This document shows positions 1 through 10,146 of a stretch of DNA of 64,000 nt, piece after piece. The stretch's first letter is position 1; the number at the start of each line of letters is the position of its first letter. The notes below the pieces were generated by a model. The model was not told the origin of the DNA and did no database searches. It saw nothing but the letters and a program-made list of their open reading frames with translations. This stretch comes from Thermoplasmatota archaeon (GTDB taxonomy: Archaea > Thermoplasmatota > E2 > DHVEG-1), in the NCBI GenBank assembly GCA_025457885.1, contig JALOTN010000001.1, positions 2,822 to 66,821 of the forward strand, read 5' to 3'. Both the position numbers and the translations under genes were made by a program.

Positions 1-1337
1 GAGGTATGGATGGTGCGATCGCCCATTGTCGCATCTGGATGTAAGGGGATGTTCATGGTTTTTTTCGGGGCATCTGTTACGGTCAGTTGCACGGGGTCAG
101 GGACATAGTAATATCGTTTGACTTTGGGATCGAGATACTTGCGGTTCACGGATTCGACCAAGCTGAAGTCCACTATGGATTCTACTTTTGAAAACCCTTG
201 TTGAAGGACGAATTGTTTGATTGCTTCTGGGACGATCCCTCGTCGCTTCAATCCTCGCAGGGTTGGTAGTCGAACATCATCAAAGCCCAAGACCAATCCT
301 TGTTCAATGAGGGGTTTTATCTTCCGTTTTGACACCGGCATGCCATCAATGGATAAGCGTGAGAACTCCATGAGATGAGGGGTTCGGAGATGAAGGAGGC
401 TGAGTATTTTGAAATACACTTCGTCGCGTAACTCATATTCTTTGGTTCGGAACGGGTGGGTCACGCCACTGATGCTATCCTCTACGGCTCCAGCGAAATC
501 ATAGGTCGGCCAGACATGGTACTTCTCATTGGTCAATGGATGTTTCGCGGTGATCACTCGGAATAAGGTCGGGTCGCGCATCGCGGTGTTCTCACTATTC
601 ATTTCTCCATGTAATCGAAGGATCCAGGGATTTTCCGGGGATGCCAGCATTTGTTTCCAGAGGTCCAACCCGGTTGTTCCTGTATATTGTTCTTGACAGG
701 CACATGGTTTCCCATGGAACCGTCCTTCCCGGATGATTTCGGATGCGCATTTGCAGACATAGGCATCTTTCTGACGGATGAGTTGTTCTGCGAGTTTGTA
801 ATGTGTCTGCAGGTTGTCTGAGGTGTGATATTCGCTGTCCCATTCTACCCCAAGCCAGTGGAGGTCTTCTTTCTGCGCATCATAAAACTCAAGGAGTGCG
901 TTTTCTGGGTTGGTGTCATCGAAGCGTAAAATGAACTTCCCGTCATACAACCGGGCGTACTCGGAGTCGATGATCGCTGCTTTCGCATGGCCGATATGGA
1001 GGTACCCGTTTGGTTCTGGTGGAAAACGAGTCACCACTTTTCCTTTTTCAGCACAGGGTAAAGCAGGTAATGAGAAGTCCTTTTCTTTCTTTTCTTTGTG
1101 TAATAACTCTGGGGCAAGATTTGTAAGCTCTGTCAGTTGATCGTCAGGGGACATGGCATTGACTTGCTTGACGACTTGAGAAACAACAGGGATGATCTCC
1201 CCAGGTGACACCCCGTCTTTTTTCAATGCTGCAATGACCTTTCCCGTCACTGCTTTTTCATTGGCTTTACCGTTGAATAACACCGCGTTCTGTAATGCGT
1301 ACTTTCGTGCCTCACGCTGTATCCGCTGGGTAGACAT
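1..1337 (-). CDS. gltX: glutamyl-tRNA synthetase (archaeal/eukaryotic GlxRS type); C-terminus cut by window edge
   Basis: The minus-strand frame is open from the window edge to ATG at 1335-1337, so it is absent from the ORF track. Translation reads MSTQRIQREARKYALQNAVLFNGKANEK...PPEPNGYLHIGHAKAAIIDSEYARLYDGKFILRFDDTNPE with the class I HIGH motif, and ...DGMPVSKRK is a KMSKS-like motif. Confidence 0.8.
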   Translation of the reverse strand, partial: MSTQRIQREARKYALQNAVLFNGKANEKAVTGKVIAALKKDGVSPGEIIPVVSQVVKQVNAMSPDDQLTELTNLAPELLHKEKKEKDFSLPALPCAEKGKVVTRFPPEPNGYLHIGHAKAAIIDSEYARLYDGKFILRFDDTNPENALLEFYDAQKEDLHWLGVEWDSEYHTSDNLQTHYKLAEQLIRQKDAYVCKCASEIIREGRFHGKPCACQEQYTGTTGLDLWKQMLASPENPWILRLHGEMNSENTAMRDPTLFRVITAKHPLTNEKYHVWPTYDFAGAVEDSISGVTHPFRTKEYELRDEVYFKILSLLHLRTPHLMEFSRLSIDGMPVSKRKIKPLIEQGLVLGFDDVRLPTLRGLKRRGIVPEAIKQFVLQQGFSKVESIVDFSLVESVNRKYLDPKVKRYYYVPDPVQLTVTDAPKKTMNIPLHPDATMGDRTIHT

Positions 1338-1339
1338 GA

Positions 1340-2323
1340 TTACTTTTCTCTCTGGATGGTATACTCGATGAGTTGATATAACAGCTCTTTGGCATCGGAT
1401 GGTTTGAGGATTTTTAACGCGTCTTTTGCTTGGTTGACGAGTGCTAAAGCGCGGTTTTGTGCGTATTCTATGGACCCAAGGTCCCTAAAAAGATCATAGA
1501 CAAGGGCGACATCGTCTTCTGATGCGGCATGGTTCCCGAACACTTCATCCAGATGTTTTTTATTCTGTCCGGTCGCATGGGTGAGACTATGGACCGCGAT
1601 GAGGGTTTTTTTGCCGTTGCGGATGTCATTGCCGATGTCCTTTCCCAATGTTGTTGCGGTGCTGCTCATGTCTAGGTAATCATCCCAGATTTGGAAGGCT
1701 AAACCAAGGGTCATCCCGTATGTTTTTAAGGCAGCGACCTCAGGGGGTGTGCCTCCACCGATCATCGCACCGCCTTTTCCGGCTAATTCGAATAACGCGC
1801 CGGTTTTCTTCCCAATCATATCCAGGTATTCCTGCTCGGTGACTGTTTTGCGTGATTCAAATTCCATGTCGAGTTGTTGTCCTTCGCAGATGGCGATGAT
1901 GCCGTCGATGAAATCATACTGGAGGAGTTTGTAGGTCTGAAAATCAACGGATGTCTTAAGGAGGGATTCAAAGGCTTTTGCAAATAATAAGTCCCCTGCG
2001 AGGATCGCAGCTGGTTCCCCGAATTTTATATGCACAGCGGGGAGGTTGCGTCGGAGGAGGGAATGATCCATGATATCATCATGAACCAAGGTGAAGTTAT
2101 GGATAAGCTCTAATCCAGCAGCGAGGGGGAGTGCTTTTGTTGGGTCTCCTGAGACACTTTCACAGCAGGTTAATGTGAGAAATGGTCTGATGCGTTTCCC
2201 ACCTGCGGCAGGGAGATGTTGGGAGGCTTCGTAGAGTTTTGTGGGTTTTTTTATCGCAAGGTACTGTTGCCAGTAGGTGTTAAACATTTCGGCTCGTTTC
2301 GTAAGTTCATTCTGTAGATCCAT
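1340..2323 (-). CDS. idsA: geranylgeranyl diphosphate synthase (trans-polyprenyl synthetase)
   Basis: Two DDxxD motifs (LVHDDIMD, IWDDYLD) and a GKKTGALF motif. The likely start is MDLQNEL at 2323, since the track ORF extends into the upstream gene. It overlaps fni by 17 nt. Confidence 0.8.
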   Translation of the reverse strand: MDLQNELTKRAEMFNTYWQQYLAIKKPTKLYEASQHLPAAGGKRIRPFLTLTCCESVSGDPTKALPLAAGLELIHNFTLVHDDIMDHSLLRRNLPAVHIKFGEPAAILAGDLLFAKAFESLLKTSVDFQTYKLLQYDFIDGIIAICEGQQLDMEFESRKTVTEQEYLDMIGKKTGALFELAGKGGAMIGGGTPPEVAALKTYGMTLGLAFQIWDDYLDMSSTATTLGKDIGNDIRNGKKTLIAVHSLTHATGQNKKHLDEVFGNHAASEDDVALVYDLFRDLGSIEYAQNRALALVNQAKDALKILKPSDAKELLYQLIEYTIQREK

Positions 2324-3353
2324 AACGTACTTCCACCGTTGAGAGCTTATCGACGGTATCGGCACCAACCAGGAACATCGCGATTCGCAGTTCCCTGGTG
2401 ATGATCTCAAGCTCTTGTTCTAATGTTTTTGTATCCTTTAATGCTGGTTTAAGCAGGGCATGGGCCATGCCTGCAGCGCTTGCTCCAAGCACGAGTGCTC
2501 TTGCGATATCTAAGCCATCGCGGATGCCACCGGTCGCTATGATGGGGAGTTCCCAGCTGATTGCTTTTCCCACCTCAAGGATGCTGGTGGGAGTCGGGAT
2601 GCCCCAGTCCCAGAACGTTTGACCAGCGCGCATGTTCCGGATGTCTCCTTTGAGTTTCGCCCGATAATATTCAACTGCGGAAAATGAGGTGCCGCCGGCG
2701 CCTCCAACGTCAATGCCGCAGATCTTCGTTTTTTTCAGTTGATGGGCGATTTTGCTGGAGATACCTGCGCCGCTTTCTTTGATGATGATGGGGCGACTGA
2801 ACTCTCGTGAGAGCATGTCGATGGTCGCAAGACATCCTTTTGCTTGGGCTTCGCCTTCTGGTTGTATTGCTTCTTGTAAGAAGTTTAGGCAGACTGCTAG
2901 CACATCTGCATCTATCATTTCGACGATCTTTCCTGCGTTCTGGAGGATCTGCTGTTTGTCCCAAAGGACCATTTGTGATGCTCCGATGTTGGCAATCTTC
3001 AGGGGGATGTCGTATTCTTTGATGATGCTGTAGGTTTCTACGAGTTTTTGGTTTTCAAGGGCGGCTCGTTGGGAGCCAACACCCATGCCTATCTGGTAGG
3101 TGGCTGCGGCTGCCGCGAGATGCTCATTGATTTTCTTGCCTTCGGAATACCCGCCAGTCATGCCTGAGATGATGAGGGGAGCAGAAAGTTTCTTTCCGAA
3201 CAACGTGGTTGATAAATCGATTTCGTTTTCGTTGATCTCCGGGAGCGCGTTATGGATGAGTTGCACATCGTCCCAGTAGTTTCGATGCGCAGACACGCTC
3301 TCTTTTAAAGAGATTTGAACGTGTTCACGTTTCCTTTCCTCCGTTTGATTCAT
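2307..3353 (-). CDS. fni: isopentenyl-diphosphate delta-isomerase, type 2 (FMN-dependent)
   Basis: TIM-barrel IDI-2 hallmarks: ISGMTGG, glycine-rich GIDVGGAGGTSF and ATGGIRDGLD. It is the same size as characterised IDI-2 proteins. Confidence 0.85.
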   Translation of the reverse strand: MNQTEERKREHVQISLKESVSAHRNYWDDVQLIHNALPEINENEIDLSTTLFGKKLSAPLIISGMTGGYSEGKKINEHLAAAAATYQIGMGVGSQRAALENQKLVETYSIIKEYDIPLKIANIGASQMVLWDKQQILQNAGKIVEMIDADVLAVCLNFLQEAIQPEGEAQAKGCLATIDMLSREFSRPIIIKESGAGISSKIAHQLKKTKICGIDVGGAGGTSFSAVEYYRAKLKGDIRNMRAGQTFWDWGIPTPTSILEVGKAISWELPIIATGGIRDGLDIARALVLGASAAGMAHALLKPALKDTKTLEQELEIITRELRIAMFLVGADTVDKLSTVEVRYGSTE

Positions 3354-4132
3354 GGTTTTTCTCCGTATACGATGGTGGATCGTGTCTTTTTTCCCTTTAA
3401 GGTATCATATAGTCGGTTATGTATATTCCCATTTACCAGGATGGTGTCTGCTCCTGTTTTCGCTACTTGTTTGATGGTATGAATCTTTCCTTTCATCCCT
3501 TCGGTCACATCCGCATGATCATCAAGGGAGGTGGTGAGATTTTCTAGGTCTTTTATGGTGATGTTTTCAAAGAAGGTCGCATTCTTGTTTGTCTTGGGGT
3601 TAGCGGAGTATAATCCGTCTTCGTCGATGACGAAGATGACTTTTTCTGGTTTGAACTCTGCAGCGAGTAATTGGATGAGCAGGTCTCCTGAGCAGATGGA
3701 AAAACCAAGCTGGTTATCCAAAGCGACATCACCGTAACTGACCGGCATGAAACCCAGGGCTAGGTATTTTTTGAAGATGTTGTAATCAATATGGGCAATC
3801 GCATGGTCGGAAAGGGAGAGGATCGCATGGGGCGGGAGGGAGACGGCTGGGATGCTATGGTTCTGCAGGGAGGCTAGAACAAGGGTGTTTAATCGTTGGA
3901 CCATGGTGTGGGTCAGGGCGAAGCCTTCCACCTGTTTTCGTTGTCTGTAGCCTGTGTTGAGTTTGTATTGTTTCGCAAGGATATGGCCAAAAGAGCCTGC
4001 GCCATGGATGATGATCCCTGGTTTGCTGGCTTTTTTGATCTCCGCTGCAAGCTGGTCCATGATTTCTTGTTTGAAGCAGCATTCCTGTGCTTTGTTGGTG
4101 ATGACACTCCCACCGAGTTTGATGAGAAACAT
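3350..4132 (-). CDS. ipk: isopentenyl phosphate kinase (amino-acid-kinase fold)
   Basis: MFLIKLGGSVITNK...IIHGAGSFGH; the N-terminal glycine motifs are typical of IPK. A 4-nt ATGA overlap with fni places IPK-IDI2-GGPPS in one operon. Confidence 0.75.
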   Translation of the reverse strand: MFLIKLGGSVITNKAQECCFKQEIMDQLAAEIKKASKPGIIIHGAGSFGHILAKQYKLNTGYRQRKQVEGFALTHTMVQRLNTLVLASLQNHSIPAVSLPPHAILSLSDHAIAHIDYNIFKKYLALGFMPVSYGDVALDNQLGFSICSGDLLIQLLAAEFKPEKVIFVIDEDGLYSANPKTNKNATFFENITIKDLENLTTSLDDHADVTEGMKGKIHTIKQVAKTGADTILVNGNIHNRLYDTLKGKKTRSTIVYGEKP

Positions 4133-4205
4133 AGGTTACCTGCATGAATCTGGCTGTAAAAAAGGATTGTGATAGCACGGGGATAATATGATGGTCACCG
4201 ATGTA

Positions 4206-4423
4206 TCATTCTTTTCTATGGGAGAAGGGGGGTTTGTTCTTGTTCTGCTCCTGAATCAGCCACAGGGAGATCGGCATGGCTGCTGATGAACGCATGGTGC
4301 TCTGGGACCATTCCATGATCTCCTGCTCCGGGGTGTTCGTCCGACACTCCTCACAGATGAAGAATTTATCATCAAAGACCAATCCACTTTGATGCTCCTG
4401 GAGATGAAATTTCTGTTTACACA
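4206..4423 (-). CDS. small Cys4 zinc-finger protein (hypothetical)
   Basis: The conserved-looking part begins MCEMCKQKFHLQEHQ...FICEECRTN with two CxxC pairs. The upstream part of the track ORF is low-complexity. Start chosen at the internal ATG at 4423. Confidence 0.3.
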
Positions 4424-4725
4424 TCTCACACATTTTTTCTGAAATATGTACTCCTCCTAAACCACTTCCAAGTTTCAGGTTGTGATCACATTTCTTTATG
4501 AAGTTTAAATATAAAATCCTTTTGGATGAAAAAGAAAAAAAAGAAGAGAGGGATGGGATGCAAAGGGAACTGGGAAAGTGGCAGATATGCCAGCAGCTCC
4601 GGCTGGCAGATCCTCCGTAACTTTTAGTCAATTGAATATGGTAGGGTGGTTCTCGCTTATTAACTTCGAGGTGGGGTCAGTGAAAGTATTCAATGACATT
4701 TACTGAAAAAGAGAAAATTGTCATA

Positions 4726-5661
4726 TCACGGTTCATAAATTACCGTGGTGGTGACATTCACTGGTGCTCCATGCTGTGACATATTATCATACATGTAGGG
4801 TGTGAAGGAAACGGTTATGGTATCGGCTCCAGAGAAACCGAATGGTGGCGTAATATAAAGAAAAGCGAAATTATTCCCGCCGTCTTCTTCTAATACAATT
4901 TGATCAGTAACCAATACATTCCAATCATTCCCGGGAGAATCAACGATTTCCATTTTTACGAGAGTCCTTGCATTCCCATGATTTATGAGATTGAAATACA
5001 GATGCGACATCTCACCGGGGATGACATCCAGATGATCGCTTTCAGGTTCAATGATGATATGGGGCAGGTACCCTGGCAAACAAGTTACAGTAGCAGTCTG
5101 GTCACATCCATTCACCAAAGGTATGAACCCAAGTGGGCCACGTAGTGTCTTCACCTCAGCATGTATTGGAATTACGCAGAGTGCATATGCTGGGGCATGC
5201 TCATCAATCGCAATAGAAAGAGAAACGTTCTGAGATGAGATAGCATCACTTACAGGGAACTGAATCTCAGAAGCTGAAAGAGACGCTGTACTCCAAATTG
5301 GTATCTCACCAAGCTCCAATACAACCGTAACAACCTGGTGAGTGACCATACAATAATACCGAATAATCTTTCCGATAAGAGGATATGAAAGGATAGTGGT
5401 ATAGGTGATCGTGAGGTTCACGATCCTAGGCGCCCCCCCTGGTACGAGAGGCGTGTGTGTCGCATTCCCACTCCAAGAAATGACGATGACACTATCCAGA
5501 GAAAACCACCCATCCCCCGATAAAGAATGATTCTCCTTGTTCCTCTGATCGGATACCAGTGAAAATGACATAGCCCCTGTGATATCCTGAGCCGTGATTG
5601 GTATACCATATGCTGCAATCAAAAGAAACACTATGACAACGGCGCAATGTTTTCTATCCAA
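4726..5661 (-). CDS. secreted/surface protein, hypothetical
   Basis: TTG start in the track. N-terminal hydrophobic signal (AVVIVFLLIAAYGIPITAQD). Thr/Ser/Val-rich beta-type composition with several N-x-S/T sequons. Confidence 0.45.
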   Translation of the reverse strand: MDRKHCAVVIVFLLIAAYGIPITAQDITGAMSFSLVSDQRNKENHSLSGDGWFSLDSVIVISWSGNATHTPLVPGGAPRIVNLTITYTTILSYPLIGKIIRYYCMVTHQVVTVVLELGEIPIWSTASLSASEIQFPVSDAISSQNVSLSIAIDEHAPAYALCVIPIHAEVKTLRGPLGFIPLVNGCDQTATVTCLPGYLPHIIIEPESDHLDVIPGEMSHLYFNLINHGNARTLVKMEIVDSPGNDWNVLVTDQIVLEEDGGNNFAFLYITPPFGFSGADTITVSFTPYMYDNMSQHGAPVNVTTTVIYEP

Positions 5662-5815
5662 TGTCTTTCCCCCATATCACTAATTTTATAACAAGGTTCT
5701 CCTATAAATATATTGTCAATTCGTATTTTAAACAAAGAAACGAAAATAAGAGGAAAACAGATGAATTAATGAATCACCACAGCATGACAGATGACATACC
5801 AGGAAGAAAACACTC

Positions 5816-7036
5816 ATGACCCCGCCCCTGAGAGATACCCTTGAAAGACTCAGCCCAGCACTTACTGAGACTCTTCAAATGGTCTTCTGGCAAAACACAT
5901 TTGCGACCAAAGCAATAGAACACACCATTAAACACCAACCCGACTGGGGGAACGATACACGAGCGGTTTTTTCCGAAACCGTGTATGACCTCATCCGATG
6001 GTGGAGACCACTCTGGTTCCTCCTCAACACAGAACCATCCTCAGCACCAGAGGACCTTCAACGGATCATTCTCATCTACCTGTTTTCAAAGAAAGGGGAT
6101 CTTTCTGCGCTCAAACACAAAAAAGGATTCGACACCGAACAGCTTTTCCAACGACTCCAAACCATAAAACATACTCGGGTTCTCCGTGAGTCCATCCCTG
6201 ATTGGCTCGATGGCAGAGGGGAAAAAGAAGTAGGTGATCGATGGGAACCAGTCCTTACCGCATTGAATACACTACCAGACCTGATCATCAGAGTCAACAA
6301 TCTACGGACTTCACCAAAAGAACTCCTTGCGATCCTCCGGAAAGAACACATCACTGCCGAACCAATTGACGGACACCCAGATGCACTCCTCATCAAAGAA
6401 AAAACCAATGTGTTCATCCTCCCCAGCTACAGCGCCGGGCTTTTTGAGGTCCAGGACGCTGCCTCCCAGATGGTCAGCAGGATCCTCGACCCCCGTCCAG
6501 GGATGCGAGTCATTGACGCCTGCGCAGGAGAAGGAAGCAAAACACTCCATCTCGCGGCACTCCTAAAGAACAAAGGAAAGATCATCGCCATGGACACCCA
6601 AGAATGGAAACTACAAGAACTCCGCAGACGAGCCATAAAAGCAGGAGCCGACACCATAGAAACACGACTCATCACCTCCACAAAAACCTACAAACACATG
6701 AAAGCAACCGCGGACCGACTGCTCCTAGACGTCCCCTGCTCAGGGCTGGGAACCCTCCGAAGGAACCCGGACATCAAATGGAAACTCACCTCCGATGACC
6801 TCACCAGACTCATCCATCTCCAACAAGAGCTCCTTGAAACATACCACAGTCTTCTCAAACCACAAGGAACCATGGTGTACTCCGTTTGCAGCATCCTGCC
6901 CTCAGAAGGAGAAGAACACATCAAACGATTCCTCCAGTCCCATCAAGACTTCCGCCTCCTCAAAGAACAACGATCCTGGCCAGACACTGATCAAACCGAC
7001 GGATTCTACATCGCACTCCTCCAACGAACCAGATAA
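5816..7036 (+). CDS. RsmB/NOP2/Sun-family RNA cytosine-C5 methyltransferase
   Basis: SAM motif [12 protein letters not shown], and the catalytic pair DVPCSG...TMVYSVCSI. Confidence 0.8.
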   Translation: MTPPLRDTLERLSPALTETLQMVFWQNTFATKAIEHTIKHQPDWGNDTRAVFSETVYDLIRWWRPLWFLLNTEPSSAPEDLQRIILIYLFSKKGDLSALKHKKGFDTEQLFQRLQTIKHTRVLRESIPDWLDGRGEKEVGDRWEPVLTALNTLPDLIIRVNNLRTSPKELLAILRKEHITAEPIDGHPDALLIKEKTNVFILPSYSAGLFEVQDAASQMVSRILDPRPGMRVIDACAGEGSKTLHLAALLKNKGKIIAMDTQEWKLQELRRRAIKAGADTIETRLITSTKTYKHMKATADRLLLDVPCSGLGTLRRNPDIKWKLTSDDLTRLIHLQQELLETYHSLLKPQGTMVYSVCSILPSEGEEHIKRFLQSHQDFRLLKEQRSWPDTDQTDGFYIALLQRTR

Positions 7037-7052
7037 CACCGGATTCGAAACC

Positions 7053-7098
7053 ATATAAAAGGAAAGACAAATACCTAGTCCCAGGAAAAAGAGGAGGT
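7053..7098 (+). promoter_or_regulatory. archaeal promoter (TATA catataaaa) plus Shine-Dalgarno GAGGAGGT for xth
   Basis: TATA-like box 44-52 nt upstream of ATG. GAGGAGGT lies 7 nt upstream of ATG. Confidence 0.35.
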
Positions 7099-7104
7099 AC
7101 GCTG

Positions 7105-7869
7105 ATGAAGATTTTGTCTTGGAATGTTAACGGCATCAGAGCAGCCGAAAAAAAAGGATTTTATACCTGGTTTCAGAAAGAATCCCCAGACATCATGTGC
7201 CTCCAAGAGATAAAAGCTACACCAGACCAACTCCCACCCCATCTCAGAAACATCCCAGGATACCACACCTATTGGAACCCAGCGGAGCGAAAAGGCTACA
7301 GCGGGGTTGCGACATTCTCTAAACAAAAACCACTCATGGTCAACACAGGGTTTGGCAGAGAAGAGTTCGACAACGAAGGACGCATCCTCATTACCACCTA
7401 TCCATCGTTTACCTTATTTAACATCTACTTCCCAAACGGAAAGAAAAACAAAGAACGACTCCAATACAAACTCGACTTCTACGACGAGTTCCTCAGCTAC
7501 GCTGACGACCTTAAAACAAAAAAACACAACATCATCGTCTGCGGCGACGTCAACACCGCCCATAAAGAAATCGACCTGGCACGACCAAAAGAAAACGAAC
7601 ATATCTCCGGGTTCCTCCCCGTGGAACGAGCCTGGATCGACACCTTCCTTGACCATGGATACGTCGACACCTTCCGTCATTTCCACACAGAGCCACACCA
7701 ATACACCTGGTGGGACCTCAAAACCGCAGCCCGAACACGCAACGTCGGCTGGAGAATCGACTATTTCTTCGTCAACAAAGAATTCCTCCCACAGATAACA
7801 AACGCATGTATCCACCAAGAGGTCATCGGCTCAGACCACTGCCCCATCGGAATAGAAATCAAAGAATAA
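7105..7869 (+). CDS. xth: exodeoxyribonuclease III / AP endonuclease (Xth/APE1 family)
   Basis: [12 protein letters not shown]...CLQE...[10 protein letters not shown]...WWD...GSDHCPI. Canonical EEP nuclease motifs along the full length. Confidence 0.9.
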   Translation: MKILSWNVNGIRAAEKKGFYTWFQKESPDIMCLQEIKATPDQLPPHLRNIPGYHTYWNPAERKGYSGVATFSKQKPLMVNTGFGREEFDNEGRILITTYPSFTLFNIYFPNGKKNKERLQYKLDFYDEFLSYADDLKTKKHNIIVCGDVNTAHKEIDLARPKENEHISGFLPVERAWIDTFLDHGYVDTFRHFHTEPHQYTWWDLKTAARTRNVGWRIDYFFVNKEFLPQITNACIHQEVIGSDHCPIGIEIKE

Positions 7870-7887
7870 AAAAAGGAGAAAAACACT

Positions 7888-9390
7888 ATGAAGGAATCAC
7901 TTGAGTATATCTACAAAGAACAAAAAGAAGTCTCTATCTATGGAGGCATCGCTGCACTGCTCGGATGGGACCAGATGACCTACATGCCACCCAAAGGAAG
8001 CGACGGACGAGCAGAACAACTATCTCTCATCTCACGGCTCGCCCATGAACGCGTCACCTCAGAAACACTCTACACCCATCTCAAGAAACTCAATGAAAAA
8101 GCGGATACTCTGACGAAAAAAGACCACCTCGTGGTAACCAAACTCTTCAAAGACGTGGAAAAAGCACGAAAACTCCCCGCTGAGTTCGTCGAAAAAATGA
8201 CCAGGACCACGTCCATCGCATACGGCGTCTGGCAAGAGGCACGCGAAAAAAATGATTTTTCCCTATTCCGACCACACCTTGAGCAGATCGTGGAACTGGA
8301 AAAACAATACTACGACTACATCAAACTCCCAGGTCATCCCTATAACACCCTGTTGGATGATTACGAAGAAGGCATGACTGTAGAGGTCCTCCAAAAAGAA
8401 TTCACCATCCTTCGTAAACAACTCGTAGAACTCCTCCAGACCATCACCACCACCGAACGCTATCACCATCAACAGCCTCCGACATTCAAACTTGCCAATG
8501 CGCAACAACAGGAGCTCTGCAGCATCCTGCTTTCTCACATGAACATCCCCTTTGACCGATCACGTCTGGACATCTCCACCCACCCCTTCACCACCTCCAT
8601 GGGAGACGACGACATCCGGTTCACCACCAACTACGAACGAGAAGGATTCCTCTCCTCCTTTTTCTCCACCGCCCATGAGGCAGGCCATGCGCTCTATGAG
8701 CTTGGCATCCTCAAAGGAGACTACAAAGACACCATCATCTCCAACGCACCCTCCCTTGGCATCCATGAGTCGCAATCCCGGTTCTGGGAAAACATGATCG
8801 CCCGCAGCAAACCATTCTGGGTTTTCTTCGCCCCGCTCTTCCAAAAAACCGCCCCGAACGAATGCAGTAAAATGAATACTGATGTTTGGTATCACTCCAT
8901 CAACCAAGTCAGACCCACCTTCATCAGAACGGAAGCTGACGAACTCACCTACTGCCTCCATGTGATCCTTCGCTTCGAACTCGAACTGGACCTCCTGATG
9001 GACAAAATCACCATTAACGAATTACCTGCCGCCTGGAACCAGAAAGTCACCGAGTTCCTCGGAATCACCCCGAAAACCAACCGAGAAGGCGTCCTGCAGG
9101 ACATGCACTGGAGCGGAGGAGAATTTGGGTATTTCCCCACCTACGCCATCGGGACCATGTACGCCTCACAACTCTTCAGACAATTCAAAAAAGAACACCC
9201 AACCGCTGATGAAGAAATCCAACGAGGCGATTTTTCACACATCTTACACTGGCTTAACGACCATATCTATCAATATGGGTCACTCATGACGGCGGACGAC
9301 ATCATCAAACACACCTGCGGGGAAGGGTTAAATTCTAAAATCTTCGTCAGTTATCTAAAAGAGAAATACTATCCCTTATACGGGGTCTAA
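7888..9390 (+). CDS. M32 carboxypeptidase (Taq-type metallocarboxypeptidase)
   Basis: About 500 aa, with HEAGHALYE (HExxH) and the downstream HESQSRFWEN motif typical of M32. Confidence 0.85.
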   Translation: MKESLEYIYKEQKEVSIYGGIAALLGWDQMTYMPPKGSDGRAEQLSLISRLAHERVTSETLYTHLKKLNEKADTLTKKDHLVVTKLFKDVEKARKLPAEFVEKMTRTTSIAYGVWQEAREKNDFSLFRPHLEQIVELEKQYYDYIKLPGHPYNTLLDDYEEGMTVEVLQKEFTILRKQLVELLQTITTTERYHHQQPPTFKLANAQQQELCSILLSHMNIPFDRSRLDISTHPFTTSMGDDDIRFTTNYEREGFLSSFFSTAHEAGHALYELGILKGDYKDTIISNAPSLGIHESQSRFWENMIARSKPFWVFFAPLFQKTAPNECSKMNTDVWYHSINQVRPTFIRTEADELTYCLHVILRFELELDLLMDKITINELPAAWNQKVTEFLGITPKTNREGVLQDMHWSGGEFGYFPTYAIGTMYASQLFRQFKKEHPTADEEIQRGDFSHILHWLNDHIYQYGSLMTADDIIKHTCGEGLNSKIFVSYLKEKYYPLYGV

Positions 9391-9401
9391 GGAGCAACAA
9401 C

Positions 9402-10079
9402 ATGGCAATCCTGGTATTGGTCAGACATGGGCAATCACAATGGAACCTTGAGAACCGGTTCACCGGCTGGGTGGACGTCCCCCTCTCAGTAAAAGGAAGA
9501 GAGGAAGCAACACAAGCAGGAAAGAAACTCAAAGACATCCGGTTCGACACCATCTACGTCTCCCATCTCCTGCGCGCAATCCAAACCATGCATTACATCC
9601 TCCTGGAACTCCCCGATGAACGCATCCCGATCCTCTATCATGAGGATGGACGGATTCATGCCTGGGAACATTACGCTGGCTCCCGAGAAAAAGAAATCCC
9701 TATCTATCAATCCGTGGACCTCGCGGAACGATACTATGGAGACCTCCAGGGACTCAACAAGGCAGAGACCATGAAGAAATACGGGGAAGCACAGGTTCAT
9801 CTCTGGCGACGCAGCTATGATGTGAATCCACCTCGTGGAGAAAGCCTCAAGGACACCTGTGAACGCACCATCCCCTATTACAAAAAAAATATCGAACCAG
9901 AGCTGCAAGCAAATAAGAACGTGCTCATCGTCGCCCATGGAAACAGCCTCCGGTCCATCACCAAATACGTTGAAACCATCTCCGATGAAGAAATCCCAAA
10001 GGTTGAAATCCCCACAGGAGTACCCATCGTCTACACCTTTGATTCTCAAATGAAGGTCAGACAAAAGACGCTCCTCTAG
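9402..10079 (+). CDS. gpmA: 2,3-bisphosphoglycerate-dependent phosphoglycerate mutase (histidine phosphatase family)
   Basis: LVLVRHGQSQWN (RHG catalytic His) ... ERYYG ... VAHGNSLR. Confidence 0.8.
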   Translation: MAILVLVRHGQSQWNLENRFTGWVDVPLSVKGREEATQAGKKLKDIRFDTIYVSHLLRAIQTMHYILLELPDERIPILYHEDGRIHAWEHYAGSREKEIPIYQSVDLAERYYGDLQGLNKAETMKKYGEAQVHLWRRSYDVNPPRGESLKDTCERTIPYYKKNIEPELQANKNVLIVAHGNSLRSITKYVETISDEEIPKVEIPTGVPIVYTFDSQMKVRQKTLL

Positions 10080-10118
10080 AGGACAAAACCTAAATACCTG
10101 TTTTTAATCACAGTTAAC

Positions 10119-10142
10119 TTATAAAATACAACAGAAGAGGAA
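10119..10142 (+). promoter_or_regulatory. archaeal promoter TATA box (ttataaaat) and SD-like AGAGGAAAG upstream of the Zn-ribbon ABC ATPase operon
   Basis: Position 20-28 nt upstream of ATG at 10147. Confidence 0.3.
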
Positions 10143-10146
10143 AGAT

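Noticed and set aside
7307-10064. Numerous long ORFs on the opposite strand or in alternative frames of confirmed genes (e.g. 7307..7798, 7414..7818, 8560..8961, 9486..10064 and many others in the track)
   Set aside because: They overlap well-supported genes, have low-complexity (Ser/Thr/Pro/His-rich) translations and no motifs. They are shadow ORFs.
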